This document shows positions 38,658 to 47,574 of a stretch of DNA of 64,000 bases, one piece after another. The DNA comes from an uncultured Bacteroidales bacterium (GTDB lineage Bacteria > Bacteroidota > Bacteroidia > Bacteroidales > P3). Position numbers and translations under genes: made by a program. The notes beneath the pieces were generated by a model. The model saw only the letters and a list, made by a program, of their open reading frames with translations. It had not been told where the DNA came from and made no database searches. The DNA is taken from positions 43,870 through 107,869 of the forward strand of contig CALUHO010000006.1 in assembly GCA_944320465.1 (NCBI GenBank). The letters run 5' to 3'. Within the stretch, counting starts at the first letter, position 1; each line of letters begins with the position of its first letter.

Positions 38658-39911
38658 TCATATCCCGTTTATAATCATCCGGTTGGCTTCGTCCACTGCG
38701 TTCATGTCGAGGGCGGAAAGGTAGATCCGCGTGACCCTTTCCGAGGCATGTCCCAGGCCGTCGCTGATGACCGAAAGCGGAACCTCCTTGCTCTTGGCCA
38801 GGCTCGCCCACGAATGCCGCGCCACGTACATCGTCAGCGGCATCTTCAAGCCCAGCATCCGCCCTATCTCTTTCAGCCTCTGGTTCACCTTATACTGCAC
38901 GTTCCGGTAGGACGAACGGGCATGGGCTTCCCCATCGCGGATAATGGGCAGGAGGTAACCGTCCCCTTGGCCGGATTGCGCCCTCCCGCAACTTTCAGAC
39001 TCCTTGCTGTTCCGCTTCCGCCACCTTTCCTTGTTCCAAACGGCATCCTTGGCGACAGAATCCTCCCCGTCAGCCTCTGAAACCGGCTTCAAAAAACTTC
39101 GCGTCCGCCCGCTCCGGACTTCATCGCGGAATCCGCTGGCATCCCTTTTCCTATTGCAATCCGGCAACCGCCCATCGGGTACTCCGGCATCGCGGCGGGA
39201 AAGCCGCTTCCCTCCCCACCGTGGGGCGGCAGCCCTCATCGCCTCCGCGTTCCGCCATAAAGCTTCCAACATCTCCTGCATCCGTCCCTCCCAGCGGATG
39301 AACAGCGGCCTGCCCGTCTTGCGCCGCACGTAACACAGGATGCCCTCCTTCAAGTCGCTCCGCCGCAGCCCGGCCATGTCCGCGAACGCCATCCCCCGCG
39401 TGTAGAAGCTCAGCAGGAACAGGTTCCGGGCGTATTCCAAGTCGGGATGCCCGTCCAAATCCAACTTCCGGATGGCTCGCAAAGTGTTCCTGTCCACCGC
39501 CCGCTTGCACGTCTTGGCCACCCCGGTATAAACCTCCGCAAACGGGTCCTGCCGCGGCGCGGGGCAAAGTTTGGCCTTGACCGCCTTGCTGTAGGCCGAA
39601 CGCAGGTTGCGGAGGTAGAAGGAGGTGGTGTTGGGGCAGAGGCCGCCGGTCAGCAGGCAGTTCTCGTACCTCTGCATGAGGCGGCCTTCCATCTGACGTA
39701 AGCCGATGTCCTTGCCGCCGAGGAAGCGGGAGAAACTGTTAAAGGTGGTCCGCCATATCTCCGCGCGGCGTTGCCTGCCCTCCGAGCGGGCATCCTCCGC
39801 CAAAATTCCAAGCCAGCACAGCATCGTCTTGGGCTTGCCGCGTCTTCCTATGCCCGCAGCCCCGTTCCTGCCTCCCTGCCCTTCCCTGTTGCATCGTTTT
39901 TCCATCATCAT
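38658..39911 (-). CDS. Tyrosine site-specific recombinase (integrase/invertase family)
   Basis: Catalytic region LSFYTRGMAFADM (Arg), YVARHSWAS (His/Arg) and LGHASERVTRIYL (His, Tyr). The N-terminal SAM-like core-binding domain has TTSFYLRNLRSAYSKAV. An Arg-rich insert of about 95 aa lies at 38958-39251. Confidence 0.85.
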   Translation of the reverse strand: MMMEKRCNREGQGGRNGAAGIGRRGKPKTMLCWLGILAEDARSEGRQRRAEIWRTTFNSFSRFLGGKDIGLRQMEGRLMQRYENCLLTGGLCPNTTSFYLRNLRSAYSKAVKAKLCPAPRQDPFAEVYTGVAKTCKRAVDRNTLRAIRKLDLDGHPDLEYARNLFLLSFYTRGMAFADMAGLRRSDLKEGILCYVRRKTGRPLFIRWEGRMQEMLEALWRNAEAMRAAAPRWGGKRLSRRDAGVPDGRLPDCNRKRDASGFRDEVRSGRTRSFLKPVSEADGEDSVAKDAVWNKERWRKRNSKESESCGRAQSGQGDGYLLPIIRDGEAHARSSYRNVQYKVNQRLKEIGRMLGLKMPLTMYVARHSWASLAKSKEVPLSVISDGLGHASERVTRIYLSALDMNAVDEANRMIINGI

Positions 39912-40320
39912 GATTCATTGATTTTGAACGGCAAAGATTGGCAAGGATGCCGTCGGGCACAAGGGCATAGAAACACTTCTCGGATTTCTTGCATTTTGAG
40001 CATAGATGGTAAAAACCAAAACGAAAACCCTATCCGAGCGCAAGGCCGATTGTCCACCCCCTGGCATCGGCACTAAGACTCGGCAATCTAATGCAAGGTT
40101 CCAAATCCCCTCCCGCAAATACCATCGCGGCTCTTGCCTCAAACGGATATGAGGCTTATCCTTGAAAGCTTGCATTTCGATGCGGCATCACGGACAACAG
40201 ACCGGAAGCAAAGGGCGGCATTCCGAAAAAATGTTAATTTTGTCTGTTGACAAAGAATCTCGCATCCGACAGATGATGCGCTTTTCCTTAGCAAATCGCT
40301 GTTACGCAAAAAATCACGCC

Positions 40321-41862
40321 ATGCTGTACCCGATTGGAATCCAGAACTTTGAAAGCATCCGCCAAGGAGGCTACATCTATGTGGACAAGACCGATTTGAT
40401 TCATCAGCTCGCCACCACCGGCAAGTATTATTTCCTGAGCCGCCCGCGCCGCTTCGGGAAGAGCCTTCTGGTCTCGACGATGGAAGCCTATTTCCAAGGG
40501 GAAAAGGATCTATTCCAAGGATTGGCCATCGAGAATTTGGAAAAAGACTGGACGGAATACCCGGTGCTGCATTTGGATCTGAGCGGGAAAACCTACAACA
40601 AGGCCGAAGATTTGGATATGATTCTGGATGTGCATTTGTGCCAATGGGAAAAAGCAGTCGGCATGCAAACCCGGTATCCCGAACCCGATCTCCGGTTCCA
40701 AACCATCATTGACACCGCCTACGAAAAGACCGGCAGACCGGTGGCCATCCTGATAGACGAGTATGACAAGCCGCTTTTGGACTCGGCCGGCAACGAACCC
40801 CTCCGGGATGCTTACCGCAGCCGCCTGCAAGGCTTCTACAGCGTCATGAAGACCCGCGACAGAAAAATCCGCTTCGGCTTCCTGACCGGAATCACCAAAC
40901 TCGGCAAACTCAGCATCTTCAGCGGCCTCAACAACCTCAACGACATCTCGATGAACTTCCGTTACGCGGACATCTGCGGCATCTCCGAAAAAGACCTACA
41001 CGCCTATTTTGATGAAAGCGTCCATGAAATGGCCGAAGCCAACGGGATAAGCAAGGAAGAATGCTACGCCAAGCTGAAAGATTACTATGACGGATACCAT
41101 TTCTGCGAGGAATCCGAAGACATCTATAATCCTTTCAGCCTGCTCAATGCCCTCAGCGGTCAGCGGTTTCGCGATTATTGGTACGAGACCGGCACGCCCA
41201 CCTTCGTGGTCAAGGCTCTGAGGAGCGGCAAGTTCAATTTGGAAGACCTGACTCTGGAAGGAGTGCCTGTATCCGCCTTGGGCGGGGTCAATGCCGATGA
41301 TTCCGACCCAATCCCCGTTCTCTACCAAAGCGGCTACCTGACCATCCAGAGCTACGATGAACGCTGGGAACGTTACTCGTTGAAATACCCGAACAAGGAG
41401 GTAGAACGCGGCTTCATGGAGGGCTTGGCCAACATTTATGTCCCCTCGGTACGGTACAACAGCCCGTTCGATGTGCGGAAGTTCGTGGAGGATTTCGAGA
41501 GAGGCGATTCCGAAAGCCTGATGAGACGCTTCGAGGCCTTCTTTGCCGATGCCGATTACGAAATCGTGGGCGATGCCGAGCTCTATTTCCAGAATACCAT
41601 GTATGTGATGTGTAAACTCATGGGGCAATACACCCAAGTGGAACGGCATACCAGCAACGGGCGGATGGACATCGTGGTACAGACCGACAAATACGTCTAT
41701 ATCATGGAACTGAAAATGGATGCCAGCGCGGACGAGGCCTTAAAGCAAATCGAGGACAAAGGCTATGCCAAACCCTTTGCCGCCGACCCTCGCAAACTCT
41801 TCAAAATCGGGGTCGGCTTCTCCAGCGAAACGAGGCAGATCAAGGAGTGGCGTGTGATATAA
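40321..41862 (+). CDS. AAA-ATPase-like + PD-(D/E)XK (PDDEXK_9-type) family protein, paralog B
   Basis: Same length (513 aa) and colinear with paralog A. By hand alignment there are about 16 mismatches in the first about 270 nt. The track ORF from 40162 is an upstream extension. Confidence 0.85.
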   Translation: MLYPIGIQNFESIRQGGYIYVDKTDLIHQLATTGKYYFLSRPRRFGKSLLVSTMEAYFQGEKDLFQGLAIENLEKDWTEYPVLHLDLSGKTYNKAEDLDMILDVHLCQWEKAVGMQTRYPEPDLRFQTIIDTAYEKTGRPVAILIDEYDKPLLDSAGNEPLRDAYRSRLQGFYSVMKTRDRKIRFGFLTGITKLGKLSIFSGLNNLNDISMNFRYADICGISEKDLHAYFDESVHEMAEANGISKEECYAKLKDYYDGYHFCEESEDIYNPFSLLNALSGQRFRDYWYETGTPTFVVKALRSGKFNLEDLTLEGVPVSALGGVNADDSDPIPVLYQSGYLTIQSYDERWERYSLKYPNKEVERGFMEGLANIYVPSVRYNSPFDVRKFVEDFERGDSESLMRRFEAFFADADYEIVGDAELYFQNTMYVMCKLMGQYTQVERHTSNGRMDIVVQTDKYVYIMELKMDASADEALKQIEDKGYAKPFAADPRKLFKIGVGFSSETRQIKEWRVI

Positions 41863-41877
41863 CCAACAAGGAAAAAG

Positions 41878-42606
41878 TCATACAGTAAAGAGCGGCAGAT
41901 TGAAATCCTCCATCTTCCCCATGTCTTTCCAGAAGCCGCCTTGCTGTTCCTGAAGCCGGATGTCGGCAAAAGGAATGGCGTTCAGATAGGCATCGATGAC
42001 CGAAAAAGGCGTATTGCTGCCATATTGGGCGGTCCATTGCCGTATCAAAGAGGTTTTCATGACATGGATGCCACTGAAAGCCAAAGCTTTGAATCTACAT
42101 TGAATAGCCTCCCCTTTCGTTTCCCCGCTCTTGAGGTTCTTCCAAGCCCGAAGCCGGCCGTCGGCATCGGCATACAAAAAACGGGAAGTCTGCCGTTGAC
42201 GAACCGAAAGCAAGGCATCGGCATTCAGCCTTTTCGCATCCCGGACAAAGGCGTTCAAATCCAAATCGCTGAAAATATCCACATTGTGAACCAAAATCCG
42301 TTCCTCTCCGTCAAAAAGCGGCAAGGCATGCGTCAATGCGCCGCCGGTATCGAGCAGCAAGGCGCGTTCGTCCGAAAAATCGATTTGCAGCCCATACTCC
42401 TTGGCGTAATCGGCGGCATAGGCTTGCAGCTGGTCGGCAAAATGATGCAGGTTCAACACGAAATGACGGATGCCGAAAGCCTGCATCCGATCCAACAGAT
42501 ACGCTAAGAGAGGTTTGCCTTGATAAGGGACCAAGGCTTTGGGACAGTGGTCGGTAAGCGGTTTCAGGCGTGTACCCAGACCGGCGGTGAGAATAAAGGC
42601 AATCAT
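41878..42606 (-). CDS. murU: Sugar-1-phosphate nucleotidyltransferase, MurU-like
   Basis: MIAFILTAGLGTRLKPLTDHCPKALVP (GxGTRL NTP-transferase motif), about 240 aa, adjacent to namZ. Confidence 0.6.
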   Translation of the reverse strand: MIAFILTAGLGTRLKPLTDHCPKALVPYQGKPLLAYLLDRMQAFGIRHFVLNLHHFADQLQAYAADYAKEYGLQIDFSDERALLLDTGGALTHALPLFDGEERILVHNVDIFSDLDLNAFVRDAKRLNADALLSVRQRQTSRFLYADADGRLRAWKNLKSGETKGEAIQCRFKALAFSGIHVMKTSLIRQWTAQYGSNTPFSVIDAYLNAIPFADIRLQEQQGGFWKDMGKMEDFNLPLFTV

Positions 42607-42721
42607 ACAGTTCCATTCAAACAGTAACCTGATCGGTCGTCAGAGATGGGCAGAAGCACGATATCCAAGATTTTATCCCGAAATCCGAAACGGCTTCTGG
42701 CATCGGAGACCCGACCGGGAT

Positions 42722-44185
42722 TCAATCATACAGCAGGTATTTCTGACGGATTTTCTCGAAGTCCTCCAGTTCTTTCTGCCAGGAAGCCCGGAGTTCTTCC
42801 GTCCCCATTCCTTCCCGAATCGCATCGGCCAAGCGGGTCGTCCCGGCTAATTTGGAGAAAAAGGCGGTGAAAAACTTCTCCTTTTCCGGATAAGCCGCAT
42901 ACATCTCTATCAGATAATCCCAGCATATTTTCTCCGGAAGCTTTTCTATGATGGAATCCGGAATCCGGAATCCCCTGCACTCCTGCCCTTTGCAAGGCGG
43001 GTTCTCGCTCAGACCCTTGATGGGTTCGGGCCTGAAAGCATAATCCCCCACGGGCGATCCGGGGAAGCCGAAACATTCGAAAGGCTGCCAAGTGCCGCGA
43101 CCCAAGCTGACAGGCGTGCCTTCAAAGAAGCAGAGCGAAGGATAGGCGTAAATGGCTTTCATGCTCCGCAGGTTGGGCGAAGGAGCTACCGGAAAGGCGT
43201 ATTCGGCCCGGCGGTTGTAATTCGCCATCGGAATCACGGTCAAATCGCAGTCAATCCCGTTCTTGAGCCAATGCTCGCCTTGAATCATCCGGGCATACTC
43301 GCCGATGGTCATGCCATAGACCACCGGCACGGGATGCATCCCGACAAAACTCCGGCAGCAGGCCGTGTCCAAGACCGGGCCATCGGTATATGCGGCATGG
43401 GGGTTGGGACGGTCCAGCACGATGACCGGAATCCCGGCCTCGGCGCAGGCTTCCATCACGTAATGCAAGGTGGAAACATAGGTATAGAAGCGAAGCCCTA
43501 CGTCCTGAAGGTCGAAAAGCAGGATGTCGATGCCTTGCAAGTCTTCCGGTGTCGGCTTCTTGTGATTCCCGTAGAGCGATACCAACGGAAGACCTGTCTT
43601 GCTGTCAATCTGGCTGTTGACCTTGGCTCCGGCTTCGGCCTGCCCCCGGAATCCGTGTTCGGGCGAAAATACTTTTTGCAGCCGGATGCCCGAATCGAGC
43701 AGCATATCGACCAGATGCACGTAAAGAGAGCTGTCGGCTGTGCCAGGGAGCGGCTGGAGGAACCTTTGGCAAGAGGATTGAGAAGGCAATGCCGTATCCT
43801 CTGCCTGCCATGCGTCAGTAACAGGAGAAATTCCCGTTCCGGATACCGCTTTGTCAACAGTGGAAACGGATACAGAACGGCTTTGCCCGGATTCCATCTT
43901 GTTGGATATCCCGTCTCCAATTCCTGACAGACAGGCTCTCCCGATGACCGAAGTGTGATTCGCGACAACGCCTACCCGCTTGCCTCTAAGCAATGGCAAA
44001 TACAGGGATGCCTGCTCCGCCCCCGTCCTCATCATTCCCCTTTCCCCGTCCAAATCACTTCCCGATACAGCCCGCACTATGCCTGCCCCGGAATCGTTCC
44101 TGCATTGGGTTCCACGCCCCCATGCTGGTAACATAAGCAAAACCGACAATACAAGGCTGCCGATCTTTTTATACGGAACTCTCAT
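42722..44185 (-). CDS. namZ: DUF1343 family exo-beta-N-acetylmuramidase NamZ-like
   Basis: KRVGVVANHTSV, FSPEHGFRG, LLFDLQDVGLRFYTY and VLDRPNP motifs. The start is set at the signal-peptide Met (MRVPYKKIGSLVLSVLLMLPA). A non-conserved insert of about 70 aa lies at 43724-43939. Confidence 0.75.
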   Translation of the reverse strand: MRVPYKKIGSLVLSVLLMLPAWGRGTQCRNDSGAGIVRAVSGSDLDGERGMMRTGAEQASLYLPLLRGKRVGVVANHTSVIGRACLSGIGDGISNKMESGQSRSVSVSTVDKAVSGTGISPVTDAWQAEDTALPSQSSCQRFLQPLPGTADSSLYVHLVDMLLDSGIRLQKVFSPEHGFRGQAEAGAKVNSQIDSKTGLPLVSLYGNHKKPTPEDLQGIDILLFDLQDVGLRFYTYVSTLHYVMEACAEAGIPVIVLDRPNPHAAYTDGPVLDTACCRSFVGMHPVPVVYGMTIGEYARMIQGEHWLKNGIDCDLTVIPMANYNRRAEYAFPVAPSPNLRSMKAIYAYPSLCFFEGTPVSLGRGTWQPFECFGFPGSPVGDYAFRPEPIKGLSENPPCKGQECRGFRIPDSIIEKLPEKICWDYLIEMYAAYPEKEKFFTAFFSKLAGTTRLADAIREGMGTEELRASWQKELEDFEKIRQKYLLYD

Positions 44186-44565
44186 ACCGCTTCCTGTTTT
44201 TTCTTGACGCGAAGATACATTTATCCGACCATATTGCAAGATTGCACATGCTTCATGCTCCAACACCCCTATACTTCCTCCAAGGCTTCGGTTTATGCAA
44301 ATTCTTCGGTTTATATGGATTTTTTGGCTATCTTTGCAGGCTTGATGAATAGCCTGCAATTGAAATGCAGCATATGGACTGTACCCAATAGGCTATTAAG
44401 AAACATATATCTTGTAAGCAGCCTGCCAAGGCTTTGGCTTATAGGAATTTCAAAATTAAAAGAAACGGGACAAGGCTACAAAAATGAATTCGGCAAACAT
44501 GGATTGCCAGAAGACAGACACCAGCCTTCTCCCTTTTTTATTGGCAAGAAAAAAAACATTAATAT

Positions 44566-46410
44566 ATGGTAAAGAAGATTTCCCATGTGGACAAGCAAGA
44601 CGTGGTAGTCAAGTTTGTCGGCGACTCCGGAGATGGTATGCAATTGATTGGTACCCTGTTCTCCAACGCCGCTGCCTTGGCGGGCAACGACCTTTCCACA
44701 TTTCCTGATTATCCAGCCGAAATCAGGGCCCCGCACAATACGATTGCCGGGGTTTCGGGCTTCCAAGTTCATGTAGGTTCAACGGCCATCACCACTTCGG
44801 GGGACCAATGCGATGTATTGGTGGCCATGAACCCGGCTTCGTTGAAATCGAACCTGAAATGGGCCAAGAAAGGAGCCACGATTATCGTGGACGCGGACAC
44901 TTTCACCGATGAGGCCTTGATGAAAGCCGATTACAAGTCAAATCCCCTTTCAGACGGTAGCCTGTCTTCGTACAACGTGGTTCCCGCTCCTATCACTACC
45001 CTGTCGCACAAGGCTTTGGAAAGTGACGGCTTGGACCATAAGACGATTGAGAAGACCCGCAACATGTTCGCGTTGGGGATGATTTATTATATCTTCGACC
45101 GGGATATGACGACCACCGTGCATTTCTTCGAAGCCAAGTTCGCCAAGAAGCCGCAGATGATCGCCATAAACAAGAAGGTGATGGAAGCCGGGCATAATTA
45201 TGCCGAAGCGGCCGAAATCGTGGAATCCACCATTCATGTAGGTCCTGCCAAGATGGAGAAAGGCCGTTACCGGAACATCACCGGGAACGTGGCCACCGCT
45301 TGGGGGCTGTTGGCGGCAGCCGAAAAATCGGGCCGTCCTTTGTTCCTCGGCTCCTATCCTATCACGCCGGCTACCGATATCCTGGTGGAAATCACCAAGC
45401 GTCGCGACTTGGGCGCGAAAGCCTTCCAGGCGGAAGACGAAATTGCCGGTATCTGCTCCACCATCGGGGCCAGCTTTGCCGGTTCGCTGGCTTGTACCTC
45501 TACTTCCGGTCCCGGACTTTCGTTGATGAGCGAGGCCTTGGGTCTGGCGGTGATGGCCGAATTGCCTGTCGTTGTCGTGGACGTGCAGCGTGGCGGTCCT
45601 TCCACGGGCTTGCCTACCAAGTCGGAACAGTCCGATTTGTACCAGGCGCTGTTCGGACGCAACGGGGAAGCTCCGTTGATTGTCATTGCTTCTTCCACGC
45701 CGGCCAACTGCTTTAATTTTGCTTACGAGGCGGCTCGCTTGGCGATGGAACACATGACGCCTTGCATCCTGCTTTCGGACGGTTCGCTGGGGAACGGTTC
45801 CCAGTTGTTCCGGATTCCGAAAATGGCCGATATGCCGGCTATCAACCCGCCTATCGTTCCGGCCAACGACCCGAATTTCAAGCCCTATCTCCGCAACCCG
45901 GAAACCTTGGTCCGCGGCTGGGCTCTGCCGGGAACCGAAGGCCTGCGCCATCGTATCGGCGGTCTGGAAAAGGAACATATCACGGGCAATGTGTCCACCG
46001 ATCCATTGAACCACGCCTTGATGTCGCGTCTGCGTCGGGAAAAAGTGGAAAAAGTGGCCGATGATATTCCGGAACAGGCTTTGATGGGTGAAAAGGATGC
46101 CGACTTGCTGGTTGTCAGCTGGGGTGGAACCTACGGTGCGGTCAGCACGGCGGTTGAAATCCTCCAGCAGCAGGGCAAGAGCATCGCGCATGCACATTTC
46201 AACTATATCATGCCATTGCCCAAGAATACCTTGGATGTATTGGAAGGCCACAAGAAGATTGTGGTTTGCGAGCTGAACCAAGGGCAGTTTGTCAACTACC
46301 TGCGTGGCCGGTTCGACCATCTGCACATGACGCAGTACAACAAGATTCAAGGTTTGCCTTTCACGGTAACGGAACTGGTGGATCATTTCAAACAGCTGTT
46401 GGCTCAATAA
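44566..46410 (+). CDS. korA: 2-oxoacid:ferredoxin oxidoreductase subunit alpha (fused gamma-alpha)
   Basis: FVGDSGDGMQLIG...FPDYPAEIRAP (gamma-like) followed by an alpha domain (GSYPITPATDI). Confidence 0.85.
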   Translation: MVKKISHVDKQDVVVKFVGDSGDGMQLIGTLFSNAAALAGNDLSTFPDYPAEIRAPHNTIAGVSGFQVHVGSTAITTSGDQCDVLVAMNPASLKSNLKWAKKGATIIVDADTFTDEALMKADYKSNPLSDGSLSSYNVVPAPITTLSHKALESDGLDHKTIEKTRNMFALGMIYYIFDRDMTTTVHFFEAKFAKKPQMIAINKKVMEAGHNYAEAAEIVESTIHVGPAKMEKGRYRNITGNVATAWGLLAAAEKSGRPLFLGSYPITPATDILVEITKRRDLGAKAFQAEDEIAGICSTIGASFAGSLACTSTSGPGLSLMSEALGLAVMAELPVVVVDVQRGGPSTGLPTKSEQSDLYQALFGRNGEAPLIVIASSTPANCFNFAYEAARLAMEHMTPCILLSDGSLGNGSQLFRIPKMADMPAINPPIVPANDPNFKPYLRNPETLVRGWALPGTEGLRHRIGGLEKEHITGNVSTDPLNHALMSRLRREKVEKVADDIPEQALMGEKDADLLVVSWGGTYGAVSTAVEILQQQGKSIAHAHFNYIMPLPKNTLDVLEGHKKIVVCELNQGQFVNYLRGRFDHLHMTQYNKIQGLPFTVTELVDHFKQLLAQ

Positions 46411-46485
46411 CTTGGCGGAAAAGCCATTGCCGCTCTTCGAAGAACGGCGGGGCTTTGTTCGGTTCAATCAAAAACAAGAGAAAAA

Positions 46486-47517
<1,032 letters not shown>

Positions 47518-47537
47518 TGAATCTGATCTGAATTGAT

Positions 47538-47569
47538 GGCGCGATATCTCCGGATGTCGCGCCCTTTTT
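47538..47569 (+). terminator. Rho-independent terminator after korB
   Basis: GGCGCGA-12 nt loop-TCGCGCC followed by CTTTTTG. Confidence 0.7.
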
Positions 47570-47574
47570 GTATT

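Noticed and set aside
33749-39911. Interpretation of the cassette as a prophage, ICE or conjugative transposon
   Set aside because: It has no capsid, tail, terminase, relaxase, tra or mob genes, and I saw no obvious att-like direct repeats at its ends. At 6.2 kb it is too small. The recombinase looks like the short inverting type rather than a CTn integrase.
47533-47574. Upstream start codon (47533) for the AraC-type regulator
   Set aside because: The first 14 codons overlap the korB intrinsic terminator hairpin. The Met at 47575 begins the hydrophobic signal/TM segment.
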